64,000 bases of DNA from NCBI GenBank assembly GCA_963706575.1, contig CAVPNL010000006.1, forward strand, positions 448,001 through 512,000, written 5' to 3'. Both the position numbers and the translations under genes were made by a program. This document shows positions 37,169 to 48,051 of the stretch, piece by piece. Origin of the DNA: an uncultured delta proteobacterium. Lineage in GTDB: Bacteria; Desulfobacterota; Desulfobacteria; Desulfobacterales; JAHEIW01. The notes under the pieces are model-generated. The model ran no database searches, was not told where the DNA came from, and was given only the letters and a program-made list of their open reading frames with translations. Position 1 is the stretch's first letter, and the number at the start of each line of letters is the position of its first letter.

Positions 37169-39517
37169 ATGGATAACCAAGCCTCTGTTAACAATAAACC
37201 ACCCCGGGTGATTTCAGGAACATTCAGCGGCCAGCGGGTGGAATCAAGGGTTTTAGAAGAGCAGATTCAAGAAGCTGTGGCGCAGGGTGAGCGCTCGATA
37301 GAGGTCCGTGCCTACGGTCAGCATGGTATCGGCGGGCGACTCTGGCGCAGCGGAAATGAGCCGGTCCATGTCAAGATAGCCGGCCACACCGGACAACGGG
37401 TGGGCTCTATGGGCTTTCCCAACACCTTTATCGAAGTCCTGGGTCCGGCCTCCGATGATGTCGGCTGGCTCAATGCCGGTGCCGAGATTGTCATTCATGG
37501 AAATGCAGGCAACGGCTGCGCCAATGCCATGGCGCAGGGTAAAATTTTTATCGCCGGCAACATCGGAGCCCGCGGCATGACCATGACCAAGCATAATCCG
37601 CGTTTTGCACCGCCCGAACTCTGGGTGCTGGGCTCTGCCGGTGATTACTTCGGTGAGTTTATGGCCGGTGGAATTGCCGTGATTTGCGGGCACGGGGCCC
37701 AGAACCCGCAAAATGTTCTGGGCTATCGACCGTTTGTCGGAATGGTTGGCGGGAAGGTTTTCTTCCGGGGACCGCATAGTGGCTACAGCCAGCCGGATGC
37801 CAAGCTGATTGCGATCAAAGACGATGACTGGAACTGGTTGACAGAGAATTTAATCACTTTTCTGCAGCAAATTGATCGATCCGAGCTCATTAAAACATTT
37901 TCCGATAAAAAGCAGTGGCAGCTTCTGGTGGCCCGCACCCCCCAGGAAAAAGTCTCCAGCCCGATGCGATCCATGCATTCCTTTCGGGCAGAGACCTGGG
38001 ACAAAGAGCTGGGCCAGGGCGGTTTAATTGGTGATCTTACCCATCTGGATCGATCGCCGATTGCATTGATTACCAACAGTTTTCTGCGGCGATTTGTTCC
38101 GGTTTGGGAAAACCGCAAATATGCTGCCCCCTGTGAAGCGACCTGTCCGACCGGCATTCCCGTGCAGGAAAGATGGCGCCTGATTCGTGAAGGCCGCGTG
38201 GATGAAGCGGTGGATCTGGCGCTGGCTTATACGCCCTTTCCGGCATCGGTGTGCGGATATTTGTGCCCCAACCTGTGCATGCAGTCCTGCACGCGGCAAA
38301 TTTCAGCAATGGCACCGGTGGACGTCACCCAGCTGGGCCAGGCGAGCCTCAAGGCCAAACTGCCCGATCTTCCACCGCAAAGCGATAAAAAAATCGCAAT
38401 CATCGGCGGAGGGCCGGCCGGGATATCGGTTGCCTGGCAGCTGCGCCAGCAGGCGCATCAGGTCACGATTTACGAGGTGGCAAAGACACTCGGCGGGAAG
38501 ATTACCCAGGTGATTCCGCAGAGCCGCATTCCCAAAAAAGTGATTACCAAAGAAATGCAACGAATCAAAGAGGTGATTCCGCAGGTAAACCTTCGACAGC
38601 CTCTGGGCCCAAAAGACATCATCCAGCTCAAAGAGGATTTTGATTTTGTTGTTATTGCCACCGGCGCCCAGAAACCCAGAAGCCTGCCGATTCCAGGCAA
38701 TGAAAGAACCATCGCAGCGCTTGATTTTCTGAAGGCGGCCAAAAAAAACAAAACCAAAGTGGGTAAAAATGTCGTCATTATCGGCGCCGGCAATGTGGGT
38801 TGCGATGCGGCTGCCGAAGCACACCGTCTGGGAGCCCGCAAAATCACCCTGCTCGATATTCAGGAACCGGCATCTTTCGGCAAAGAAAGAGATGCTGCCG
38901 AGGCGGTGGGGGCCGAGTTTATGTGGCCGGTATTTACTCAGGAAATTACCCCATCCGGGGTGAAACTGACCACGGGAGAAGAGGTGCCCGCGGATACGGT
39001 GATTGTCTCCATTGGCGATGTGCCGGATCTCGAGTTCATTCCCGAAACGGTCACAACCGAAAACGGGTTTGTTAAGGTCAACGACAACTATCTGACCTCA
39101 GACCCCCAGATCTTTGCCATCGGTGATGTCGTCAAGCCGGGGTTGCTGACCGAAGCCATTGGTTCCGGCCGGGTTGTTGCCCGGACGATTTGCGATATTT
39201 TAGAAGGTAAAAGACCGGCTTTCGAAAAGCGCTCCATGATCGATCGCCGGCGGGTGACACTGGAATATTTTGATCCCCGCATTACCGAGTTTGCCGATCT
39301 GGATCATTGCGGGTCTCAATGCTCATCCTGCGGTGCCTGCCGGGACTGCGGCATCTGTGTTTCTGTTTGCCCGCAGTCGGCCATCAGCAGAAAAGAGCTC
39401 GAAAGTGACGCCTATGAATATGTCGTGGATGAAAACCTTTGCATCGGATGCGGTTTTTGTGCTGGCGCCTGCCCCTGCGGTGTGTGGGACCTGGTCGAAA
39501 ACACACCTATTGAGTAA
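37169..39517 (+). CDS. Fusion of GltB domain 3 (GXGXG) with a GltD-like FAD/Fe-S oxidoreductase and C-terminal ferredoxin
   Basis: GXGXG repeats (GDYFGEFMAGG), APCEATCP, IIGGGPAG, IIGAGNVG, FAIGD and two CxxCxxCxxxCP motifs. Confidence 0.88.
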   Translation: MDNQASVNNKPPRVISGTFSGQRVESRVLEEQIQEAVAQGERSIEVRAYGQHGIGGRLWRSGNEPVHVKIAGHTGQRVGSMGFPNTFIEVLGPASDDVGWLNAGAEIVIHGNAGNGCANAMAQGKIFIAGNIGARGMTMTKHNPRFAPPELWVLGSAGDYFGEFMAGGIAVICGHGAQNPQNVLGYRPFVGMVGGKVFFRGPHSGYSQPDAKLIAIKDDDWNWLTENLITFLQQIDRSELIKTFSDKKQWQLLVARTPQEKVSSPMRSMHSFRAETWDKELGQGGLIGDLTHLDRSPIALITNSFLRRFVPVWENRKYAAPCEATCPTGIPVQERWRLIREGRVDEAVDLALAYTPFPASVCGYLCPNLCMQSCTRQISAMAPVDVTQLGQASLKAKLPDLPPQSDKKIAIIGGGPAGISVAWQLRQQAHQVTIYEVAKTLGGKITQVIPQSRIPKKVITKEMQRIKEVIPQVNLRQPLGPKDIIQLKEDFDFVVIATGAQKPRSLPIPGNERTIAALDFLKAAKKNKTKVGKNVVIIGAGNVGCDAAAEAHRLGARKITLLDIQEPASFGKERDAAEAVGAEFMWPVFTQEITPSGVKLTTGEEVPADTVIVSIGDVPDLEFIPETVTTENGFVKVNDNYLTSDPQIFAIGDVVKPGLLTEAIGSGRVVARTICDILEGKRPAFEKRSMIDRRRVTLEYFDPRITEFADLDHCGSQCSSCGACRDCGICVSVCPQSAISRKELESDAYEYVVDENLCIGCGFCAGACPCGVWDLVENTPIE

Positions 39518-39713
39518 GCAATCGGGAGCTGACACGGGAATTTTGAAGATGGATAACGTTTAGGAGATGGGATAGCGCATTGGTTTTAGAATTGGTTAAA
39601 TAGGTCTTTACGTCTAAGCGCCGTGCACTATGCCTCTACATTTTTACCAAAATTGAACCAATCAAACAAATAAAACCAATAAAACAAAATCGATTTTAAG
39701 ATACAGACGACTT

Positions 39714-40847
39714 ATGGACGCATTACTCGCATTAGAAGACGGCCGCACCTTTGCCTGCCGATCCTTTACCGGGCCGGGGGAAGCAACGGGTGAGGTGGTA
39801 TTTAACACCGGTATGACCGGATACCAGGAGGTGCTTACCGACCCGTCTTACAGCGGACAAATGGTGGTCATGACCTATCCGCTGATTGGAAACTACGGCG
39901 TCAATCCTGAGGACATTGAGTCCGGCCGCATTCAGGTCGCGGCCTTTATCATTAAAGAGTATCAGGCCTATCCCAGTAATTTCCGCTCGACGGCAACCCT
40001 GGCCGATTACCTGACAGACCATGGCATACTGGGTGTTGAACACCTGGATACCCGGGCCATCACGCGGCATATCCGAAATGCCGGTGCCATGCGGGCGATT
40101 ATTTCTACTGACGACCTAACGCCGGCTTCCCTGGTGCAAAGAGCCAACGAAATCCCCAAAATGGCGGGTTTAAATCTGGCTAAGGTGGTGACGACCCCGG
40201 AGCCTTTTTACTGGGAGAATGGTAAACCGGAAATTATTAATCCCGACAGCCGCCCACTGGACAAAACGATCTGGCGACATCGTGGCCGAAAGCGCTCGGT
40301 GATCGCATTTGATTTTGGCATCAAATTTAACATACTGAGACAACTGGAAAAGGTCGGTTTTGAGCTGGTGGTGGTTCCGTCTGCCACAACGGCTGACACC
40401 ATTGAAGCCATGGCACCGGACGGTATTTTTCTTTCAAACGGTCCGGGTGATCCTGAGCCGGTTACCGATGCCATCGAAACCATTCAAGCGCTATTGGACT
40501 ACCGCCCTATTTTCGGTATTTGTCTCGGGCACCAGCTCCTCGGGCTGGCGTTGGGTGCCAAAACTTTTAAGTTGAAATTCGGCCATCGGGGTGCTAATCA
40601 ACCGGTCAAAAATTTTCGATCCGGGAAGGTCGAAATTACCTCCCAAAACCATGGATTTGCCGTTGATACGGAATCTCTCCAGGGAAATGACGTTGAAATT
40701 ACCCACATAAACCTAAATGACAATACCCTGGAGGGCTTCCGGCACCGCAAATACCCGTTATTTTCGGTGCAATACCATCCTGAAGCATCTCCGGGTCCGC
40801 ACGATGCACGTTATCTCTTTGATGAGTTTAAAGAATTGATGCGATAA
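39714..40847 (+). CDS. carA: Carbamoyl-phosphate synthase small subunit
   Basis: GEVVFNTGMTGYQE, SNGPGDP, GICLGHQ and QYHPEASPGP motifs. Confidence 0.97.
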   Translation: MDALLALEDGRTFACRSFTGPGEATGEVVFNTGMTGYQEVLTDPSYSGQMVVMTYPLIGNYGVNPEDIESGRIQVAAFIIKEYQAYPSNFRSTATLADYLTDHGILGVEHLDTRAITRHIRNAGAMRAIISTDDLTPASLVQRANEIPKMAGLNLAKVVTTPEPFYWENGKPEIINPDSRPLDKTIWRHRGRKRSVIAFDFGIKFNILRQLEKVGFELVVVPSATTADTIEAMAPDGIFLSNGPGDPEPVTDAIETIQALLDYRPIFGICLGHQLLGLALGAKTFKLKFGHRGANQPVKNFRSGKVEITSQNHGFAVDTESLQGNDVEITHINLNDNTLEGFRHRKYPLFSVQYHPEASPGPHDARYLFDEFKELMR

Positions 40848-40854
40848 CGCATTA

Positions 40855-41020
40855 GGGATCGTCTTCGACTACGGCGGAGACTAGAGGAGCAGCCCTCTGG
40901 GCTTTGAGGAGCGTTCCTTCGGAACTTTAGGTTTGAGGCAAGCTCAGGCCTAAAGCGTAGCGCTCCTCAAACGAAGTGATCCTAAAGCGCAGCGCTCCTT
41001 TGGCTGCGAACGAAGTGAGC
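40855..41020. repeat. Structured palindromic/REP-like intergenic element
   Basis: tttgaggagcg...cgctcctcaaa outer stem enclosing ttcg and gcaa hairpins; direct repeat cctaaagcg(t/c)agcgctcct. Confidence 0.6.
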
Positions 41021-41024
41021 ATAT

Positions 41025-44000
41025 ATGCCCAAGCGTACAGACATCCATCGGATTTTAATCATCGGTGCCGGCCCGATCATCATCAGCCAGGCATGTGAAT
41101 TCGATTATTCCGGCACCCAGGCGTGTAAAGCCTTAAAGGAAGAAGGCTTTGAGGTCATCCTGGTAAACTCCAATCCTGCCACCATCATGACCGATCCGGA
41201 GACGGCGGATCGAACCTATATCGAGCCGGTCACCCCCGAAACTGTGGCGATGATAATCGAACGCGAGAAGCCGGATGCCCTGCTGCCGACTCTTGGCGGG
41301 CAAACCGGCTTGAATACGGCCATCGAAGTCGCCAAGGCCGGTGTTCTGGATAAGTTCAACGTTGAGATGATCGGTGCCTCCATCCCCGCCATAAAAAAGG
41401 CGGAAGACCGCGACCTTTTCCGTAAAGCAATGACCAGCATCGGGCTGCGGATTCCCAATAGCGGGATCGCTCAAACCATGGGTGAAGTCCGTAAAATTGC
41501 CGATGATATCGGATTTCCCATCATTGTGCGCCCCAGTTTTACCCTTGGGGGGACCGGCGGCGGTGTGGCCTATAATTCCGATGATCTTTACAAACTGTCC
41601 CGGGCCGGCCTGGACGCCAGCCTGATCGGGCAGGTGATGCTGGAAGAATCGGTGATGGGCTGGAAAGAATACGAATTGGAGGTCATGCGGGACCAACAGG
41701 ATAATGTGGTCATCATCTGTTCCATCGAAAATATGGATCCCATGGGGATCCACACCGGAGACAGCATCACGGTGGCCCCGGCCCAAACCCTGAGTGATAA
41801 AGAATACCAGCTGATGCGCAATGCGTCCATTGCCATCATGCGGGAAATCGGTGTGGACACCGGCGGATCCAATGTTCAATTTGCGGTCAATCCTGCCGAT
41901 GGCGAGATGGTGGTGATTGAAATGAATCCCCGGGTGTCGCGCAGCTCCGCTCTGGCTTCAAAAGCCACCGGATTTCCGATTGCCAAAATTGCGGCCAAGC
42001 TGGCGGTCGGCTATACGCTTGATGAAATTTCCAACGACATTACCGGCGAGACCCTGGCCTCTTTTGAGCCGACGCTGGATTACTGTGTGGTCAAGGTACC
42101 GCGCTGGACATTTGAAAAATTCCCTGAAACACCGGACTTTTTAACGACCGCGATGAAATCGGTTGGCGAAACCATGGCCATCGGCCGGACTTTTAAAGAA
42201 TCCCTGCAAAAGGGCCTGCGCTCTCTTGAAATCGGCCGTTACGGCCTGGGGGCGGACGGCAAGGACCTGTCCGAGGACCCGAATATGAAAAACAGCTTGC
42301 CGTCTCGATCGGAAATCGAGCAGAAGCTGGCGTCTCCCAATTCGCAACGCATATTTTACCTGCGCTACGCCCTTTTAAGGGGGATGACCATCGAATCGAT
42401 TCATAAATTATGCGGAATCGATCCCTGGTTCATCCAGCAGCTCGCACAAATTGTGGCCCTCGAGCGTGAAATTCAAACAGCCGGCACGCCAATATCGGAT
42501 GCGCGTTTAAAGCAGGCCAAGGAATGGGGCTTTTCAGACGTTCAGCTGGCACATTTAACTGCTGTGGAAGAAGCCGACATCAAAAAACAGCGTACCGAAA
42601 TGGGGCTGAGACCGGTGTATAAGCTGGTGGATACCTGTGCGGCTGAATTTAAGGCGGCAACCCCTTATTATTATTCAACCTACGAACAGGAAAATGAAGC
42701 CCGGGTTTCAAATCGTAAAAAGGTGATGATTCTCGGAGGCGGTCCCAACCGCATCGGCCAGGGAATTGAATTTGACTACTGCTGCGTACACGCCTCATTT
42801 GCGCTGCGCGAAGAAGGCATTGAAAGCATTATGGTCAACAGCAACCCGGAGACCGTCAGCACGGATTATGACACCTCCGACAAATTGTATTTTGAACCGC
42901 TGACCAGAGAAGATGTGCTGCATATTGTGGAAACCGAGAAACCGATGGGGGTCATTGTTCAATTCGGCGGTCAGACCCCGCTAAATCTATCCGTGGGACT
43001 GCACGCCGCCGGTGTGCCGATTCTGGGTACCCAGCCCGAAAGCATTGACCGTGCTGAAGACCGCAAGCTCTTTCAGGCGATGCTCAATAAGCTCGGTCTG
43101 ATTCAGCCGGCAAACGGCACGGCCTTAAACGTAAAAGAAGCTCTGCACGTTGCGGAAACCATCGGTTATCCGGTGGTTGTGCGACCCTCTTACGTACTGG
43201 GTGGACGGGCCATGAAAATCGTTTATGATCAAGCCGCGCTCGAAAATTTCACCCAGCTGGCGATTCAGGCCTCACCGGATTATCCGGTATTGATCGATAA
43301 ATTCGTAGAGGATGCATTTGAATTTGATGTGGATGCCATCTGCGACGGCCACACCACGATTATCGGTGGTATTATGGAACATATCGAAGAGGCCGGTGTG
43401 CATTCCGGTGATTCCGCCTGTGTTCTGCCACCGGTCAATATCGACCCCCATTTCATCGAAGAAATGACCCGGGCCACCAAGGCCATGGCAAATGAATTGA
43501 GAGTCGTCGGCTTGATGAATGTCCAGTATGCCTTAAAGGACGGCCAGCTGTATGTACTGGAAGTCAACCCCAGAGCATCCCGCACCATCCCGTTTGTCAG
43601 CAAGGCAACGGGTGTGCCGCTGGCCAAGCTGGCCACCAAAGTGATGCTCGGCCGGACCCTGCAGGAACTGGAATTAACCGCCGAAATCGTTCCCACACAC
43701 ATATCGGTTAAAGAAGCCGTGCTGCCGTTTGACCGCTTTCCGGATGTGGACCTGTTGCTCGGCCCGGAAATGAAATCCACTGGGGAGGTCATGGGAATCG
43801 GTTCGGATTTCGGGTCCGCTTACGCCAAAGCACAACTGGGAGCCGGTCAGAATCTGCCGACTACGGGTACGGTTTTTATCAGTGTGATCGACAACGATAA
43901 AAAGACGGTTTTGCCGCTGGCCGCCAAATATCGCGATGCCGGTTTTAAAATCATGGCCACGCATGGGACCTCCAGGTTTTTAGCCGATAACGGGATTCCC

Positions 44001-44285
44001 AATAAAGCCGTAAACAAAGTTTCCGTCGGTCGGCCCCATGTGGTTGATGCCATCAAGAATGCCAAGATCCAGCTGGTGATCAATACGTCTATCGGCGGTG
44101 AAACCCGGCGGGACGGTTACTATATCCGGCGCAATGCCCTGCGGTATAAAGTTCCCTATGCCACCACCACGGCCGGCGGAATGGCGATTTACAAGGCGAT
44201 CGAAGCCCTGCGGCAAAAAAAGACAACGGTCAAAACTTTACAGGAATATAATCGGGAAACTCGAAACTTGAAATTGGGGGCCTAG
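41025..44285 (+). CDS. carB: Carbamoyl-phosphate synthase large subunit
   Basis: [25 protein letters not shown], duplicated ATP-grasp and MGS domain. Confidence 0.98.
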   Translation: MPKRTDIHRILIIGAGPIIISQACEFDYSGTQACKALKEEGFEVILVNSNPATIMTDPETADRTYIEPVTPETVAMIIEREKPDALLPTLGGQTGLNTAIEVAKAGVLDKFNVEMIGASIPAIKKAEDRDLFRKAMTSIGLRIPNSGIAQTMGEVRKIADDIGFPIIVRPSFTLGGTGGGVAYNSDDLYKLSRAGLDASLIGQVMLEESVMGWKEYELEVMRDQQDNVVIICSIENMDPMGIHTGDSITVAPAQTLSDKEYQLMRNASIAIMREIGVDTGGSNVQFAVNPADGEMVVIEMNPRVSRSSALASKATGFPIAKIAAKLAVGYTLDEISNDITGETLASFEPTLDYCVVKVPRWTFEKFPETPDFLTTAMKSVGETMAIGRTFKESLQKGLRSLEIGRYGLGADGKDLSEDPNMKNSLPSRSEIEQKLASPNSQRIFYLRYALLRGMTIESIHKLCGIDPWFIQQLAQIVALEREIQTAGTPISDARLKQAKEWGFSDVQLAHLTAVEEADIKKQRTEMGLRPVYKLVDTCAAEFKAATPYYYSTYEQENEARVSNRKKVMILGGGPNRIGQGIEFDYCCVHASFALREEGIESIMVNSNPETVSTDYDTSDKLYFEPLTREDVLHIVETEKPMGVIVQFGGQTPLNLSVGLHAAGVPILGTQPESIDRAEDRKLFQAMLNKLGLIQPANGTALNVKEALHVAETIGYPVVVRPSYVLGGRAMKIVYDQAALENFTQLAIQASPDYPVLIDKFVEDAFEFDVDAICDGHTTIIGGIMEHIEEAGVHSGDSACVLPPVNIDPHFIEEMTRATKAMANELRVVGLMNVQYALKDGQLYVLEVNPRASRTIPFVSKATGVPLAKLATKVMLGRTLQELELTAEIVPTHISVKEAVLPFDRFPDVDLLLGPEMKSTGEVMGIGSDFGSAYAKAQLGAGQNLPTTGTVFISVIDNDKKTVLPLAAKYRDAGFKIMATHGTSRFLADNGIPNKAVNKVSVGRPHVVDAIKNAKIQLVINTSIGGETRRDGYYIRRNALRYKVPYATTTAGGMAIYKAIEALRQKKTTVKTLQEYNRETRNLKLGA

Positions 44286-45701
44286 GTGAAAGAAATCTAC
44301 CAAGATGACAAACCCCGTGAAGCCTGCGGGATTTTTGGAATTTACGATCATCCGGAAGCGGCAGGCCTGACCTATTTCGGCCTCTATGCACTGCAGCACC
44401 GCGGCCAGGAAAGCGCCGGCATCGCCGTTGCCAAAGACATGCAGATTGTTGAGCATAAGGGTATGGGGCTGGTATCGGATGTTTTCGACATGGACCATCT
44501 GGCTCAGCTGGACGGCGGCAGCGCCGTGGGTCACGTGCGCTATTCGACAACAGGCAGTTCCATATTGACCAATGCCCAGCCGTTTCGGGTCCGTCATCGC
44601 AAAAAATCTTATGCGGTTGCGCATAACGGTAATATCACCAATGCCCATATTCTCAAAAATGAACTCGAGCAGGCCGGCTCCATTTTTCAGTCCACCATGG
44701 ACAGCGAGATATTTTTGCATCTTTTTGTAAAAAACCTGAAGTTCGGTTTTGAAGAGGCGTTGGTTAAAACCGCGTCCAGGCTGGAAGGGGCGTTTTCTTT
44801 TATTATGTTAACCAGCAAGGGTGAAATTATCGGGATGAAGGACCCGCATGGTTTTCGACCCCTTTGTCTGGGTAAACTCAACGGTAATTATGTGCTGGCG
44901 TCAGAGACCTGCGCCTTTGATCTGGTTGAAGCCGAGTTTATCCGCGAAATCGAACCCGGCGAAATTGTGATTATTGGTGAAGACGGCGTTAATAGCATTC
45001 AAACAACGGCAGCCGCGAACCGGGCATTTTGCATTTTTGAGTTTATTTACTTTGCGCGGCCGGACAGTACCATTTACGGTCAAAATGTCTATCAGACGCG
45101 CAAGGCGCACGGGCGCTGCCTGGCACGGGAGGCGCCGGTGGATGCCGATCTGGTGATGCCGTTTCCCGATTCCGGCACCTATGCCGCCCTGGGCTATCAT
45201 GAAGAATCCGGCATTCCGTTTGAGATGGGAATGATTCGAAATCACTATGTCGGCCGCACCTTTATTCAGCCCACTCAAAGTATGCGGGATTTTGGCGTGC
45301 GGATTAAATTGAATCCGGTCAAAGAGATCCTCAAGGGCAAAGATCTGATTATCATTGAAGACTCCATCATCAGGGGCACCACTATTAGAACCCGGGTGAA
45401 ATCCCTGAGGAAATTAGGCGTGAGGCATGTCCATATGCGGGTTGCCGGTCCACCGCACCGGTTCCCCTGTCACTATGGTATTGATTTCTCTACCCGGGGG
45501 GAGCTGATTGCGGCCCGCAAATCAGTGGATGAACTCAGAGAACACCTGGGACTTGATTCGCTACATTATCTCAGTATTGAAGGATTGTTGAATTCTACCG
45601 GTATCGAAAATCCGCAACGGCATTTTTGCAAAGCCTGCTTTGATGGATGCTATCCGGTCAGTTTTGATGAAATGGTGTCCAAGGAGTGCCTCGAAGAATA
45701 G
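44286..45701 (+). CDS. purF: Amidophosphoribosyltransferase
   Basis: EACGIFG, LQHRGQESAG, GHVRYST and EDSIIRGTT motifs. Confidence 0.97.
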   Translation: MKEIYQDDKPREACGIFGIYDHPEAAGLTYFGLYALQHRGQESAGIAVAKDMQIVEHKGMGLVSDVFDMDHLAQLDGGSAVGHVRYSTTGSSILTNAQPFRVRHRKKSYAVAHNGNITNAHILKNELEQAGSIFQSTMDSEIFLHLFVKNLKFGFEEALVKTASRLEGAFSFIMLTSKGEIIGMKDPHGFRPLCLGKLNGNYVLASETCAFDLVEAEFIREIEPGEIVIIGEDGVNSIQTTAAANRAFCIFEFIYFARPDSTIYGQNVYQTRKAHGRCLAREAPVDADLVMPFPDSGTYAALGYHEESGIPFEMGMIRNHYVGRTFIQPTQSMRDFGVRIKLNPVKEILKGKDLIIIEDSIIRGTTIRTRVKSLRKLGVRHVHMRVAGPPHRFPCHYGIDFSTRGELIAARKSVDELREHLGLDSLHYLSIEGLLNSTGIENPQRHFCKACFDGCYPVSFDEMVSKECLEE

Positions 45702-45765
45702 GTTTCAGGTGTCAGTGTTCAGGTTTCAGCATGATCGATACTGACACCCGACACCTGACACCGAC
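45700..45765. repeat. Inverted pair of 7-bp-period tandem repeats
   Basis: aggtttcaggtgtcagtgttcaggtttcag ... ctgacacccgacacctgacacc, starting at the purF stop. Confidence 0.7.
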
Positions 45766-45931
45766 TATTCAGAGCTTAAATCACCGAAATACTGATGAAT
45801 CCGGGCGGTTATGCAAAAATATATAATATTTACATGTAGTTATAAATTCCTCCTTGCCCTTTTGAGGTGCGCGGTATAAAATAGTAATGTTAAGCTCATT
45901 TTAAGGCGGCCCGGGCCTTGTGGAGGAATTC

Positions 45932-46441
45932 ATGCTTGAATCCAGATACCTGAAAGATAATATTGAAAATATCCAAAAATTACTGGCTATTCCCGCCCTA
46001 AAAGGTTTTGAAACAAAAAGTTTGGGAAAGCTGCTGCGGCTCAGTAAAATTCGAGGGTATGAGGACGGCGAGTTGATTATCAAGGAAGGTGATTTTGATC
46101 CCTGGCTCTATTTCCTTCTTGCGGGTAAGATACGCATCACCAAAGAAGGCTTGGAAATCGGCACCATAGACAAAAAGGGTGAAATCTTTGGAGAAATGCG
46201 TGTTATCGACAGTTTAAGTCGATCCGCATCCGTGTATTCCGTCGGCAACACCATGTGTTTGGCGGTAGATACATCCGCCAAAAGAAGGCTGTCAGCCGGC
46301 AGTACCCAGGATGAAAGATTGGACTTTTTACTGTTGCTTTACCGTATATTTGCTGAATTTATGTCCATCCGATTACGCGCCACCAATGAAGAACTGGTTA
46401 TGGCGAAAAAGAAAGTCAAACGATTAATCGAACAAATATGA
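45932..46441 (+). CDS. Cyclic nucleotide-binding domain protein
   Basis: GELIIKEGD...GEIFGEMRVIDSLSRSASV; GGAGG RBS before the ATG at 45932. Confidence 0.85.
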   Translation: MLESRYLKDNIENIQKLLAIPALKGFETKSLGKLLRLSKIRGYEDGELIIKEGDFDPWLYFLLAGKIRITKEGLEIGTIDKKGEIFGEMRVIDSLSRSASVYSVGNTMCLAVDTSAKRRLSAGSTQDERLDFLLLLYRIFAEFMSIRLRATNEELVMAKKKVKRLIEQI

Positions 46442-47445
46442 CCGTTAGAAAAACCGTCGCCTTTTCAAAGAAATCTGCCAATCTTTTTTTTCACATTCTC
46501 ACCAAATGCAATCTCAGTTGCCGGCACTGTTACATAAATCCAGAACAGCAGGGCGAATCCAACCTACCTTTAAAAACCATCAAAGCCTGGTTGGAGGCCT
46601 TTTCTCAGGATAGCCCCAGTGCAAATGTCATATTCCTGGGCGGTGAACCGACGCTGCATCCGGACCTGAATCACGCCATTAAATATGCTCACCAACTCGG
46701 TTTTCGTTCCATCACCGTTGATACCAACGGCTATCTTTTTCATGATATCCTCTCCAGGGTCAGTCCCCGGGAAGTGGATTTTTTTAGCTTCAGTCTCGAT
46801 GGCGCCACCCGCAAAACCAATGATGGGATTCGCGGGAGCGGATCCTATGATGCCTGCATCAACGGCATTCAGAAGACAGTTGCGAAAGGCTTTGCAGCCA
46901 GTCTGATTTACACCGTTAGCCGGCTAAACATACATGAACTGGAAATGATGCCGTCGCTTTTGAACGATCTGGGTATCGAGCGTTTTTTTATTCAGGTCAT
47001 CGGTCTGCGTGGCAAGGCGGCTGACAGAAGCATGGTGGGCAATCTGCAGGTCACACGATCTAAATGGTTGAAAATCGTTCCGCAGTTGGCGCAAAAGATT
47101 GCCAGACGGGGCATAACTGTGAGCTTTCCAAAAGTATATTTAGACCCTCAAGAAAAATTTGAATGTGCCGGTCTGGTGGCCCGCAATTATTTTATCTTCC
47201 CCAATGGCAGGGTTTATCGGTGCCCGCTTTGCGAAGATCTGCCCATCCACAGCCTGGAGTTTATAGACAATCAGCCGGTAAAGACCGCAAAACTCAACGA
47301 GAGCGATTTGTTCGCTTTGAACATTCCGGAGGGTTGCGTAATGAACAGACTGATTCAGCCCGACAATTTAAGCTACACAGTCGGCGGTGTGCCGGAGTAT
47401 AAAATCGCGTGTTGTCTGCTTAAGGAGGAGATTGCTCAAATATAA
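46438..47445 (+). CDS. Radical SAM protein of unknown function
   Basis: CNLSCRHC, FLGGEPTLH, TNG and SLDG motifs; C-terminal Cys cluster. Confidence 0.88.
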   Translation: MTVRKTVAFSKKSANLFFHILTKCNLSCRHCYINPEQQGESNLPLKTIKAWLEAFSQDSPSANVIFLGGEPTLHPDLNHAIKYAHQLGFRSITVDTNGYLFHDILSRVSPREVDFFSFSLDGATRKTNDGIRGSGSYDACINGIQKTVAKGFAASLIYTVSRLNIHELEMMPSLLNDLGIERFFIQVIGLRGKAADRSMVGNLQVTRSKWLKIVPQLAQKIARRGITVSFPKVYLDPQEKFECAGLVARNYFIFPNGRVYRCPLCEDLPIHSLEFIDNQPVKTAKLNESDLFALNIPEGCVMNRLIQPDNLSYTVGGVPEYKIACCLLKEEIAQI

Positions 47446-48043
47446 ATCGTCCTCCTACTCGTCCTCGTCCTCGTACTCGAAAATCTGAAAAATAGCAGGA
47501 TTATTCCGAACTAGGTGAAGCCTGAGGACGGCGACAGGACGATGCATCTGGAATTATAAATCTGTCTCATCCTCGCCCTAAAAAACTAAAAAGGTTAGAG
47601 TAAAATGAAAAAATACAGATTCGATCATGAAAAACTTGATGTCTATCAACTTGAACTTCAGTTCATCGCATGGGTAACCCCATTAATTGAGGAAGTAAAG
47701 GCGTCAGCCGGATCGAAAGTTCGAGAGGTTTGTAACCACTTGGACCGTGCAAGTCTTTCAGCTCTATTCAACACCGCCGAGGGTAATGGAAAAAGGCAGT
47801 CGAAATTGCGGGGTCGGTTTTTTGATGATGCAAGAGGGTCGGCAGCTGAGTGTGCATCCTGCCTGGATGCCTTAGTTGCAAAAGGTGTTTGTTCTGAGGA
47901 TCGTGTTGATAAAGGCCAAGATCTTTTATATCGAATCGTTTCGATGCTAACTAAGTTGGTAAATCGATTTGCACCTGTCACGGAGATACGCGAAGAGTTG
48001 GTTCGATATAATGTCGAGGACGACGACGAGTACGAGTACGATT
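47445..48043. repeat. 6-bp-period inverted-repeat arms bracketing the four-helix-bundle gene
   Basis: Left aatcgtcctcctactcgtcctcgtcctcgtactcga (47445-47480); right tcgaggacgacgacgagtacgagtacgatt (48014-48043). Confidence 0.75.
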
Positions 48044-48045
48044 AG
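47605..48045 (+). CDS. Four helix bundle protein (23S rRNA IVS-protein / Avd-like family)
   Basis: FDHEKLDVYQ, LDRASLSALFNTAEGNG, ARGSAAEC and IVSMLTKL motifs. Confidence 0.88.
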   Translation: MKKYRFDHEKLDVYQLELQFIAWVTPLIEEVKASAGSKVREVCNHLDRASLSALFNTAEGNGKRQSKLRGRFFDDARGSAAECASCLDALVAKGVCSEDRVDKGQDLLYRIVSMLTKLVNRFAPVTEIREELVRYNVEDDDEYEYD

Positions 48046-48051
48046 ACAATT

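Noticed and set aside
47605..48045. Diversity-generating retroelement suggested by the Avd-like protein
   Set aside because: No reverse transcriptase and no template/variable repeat pair was seen in the window.
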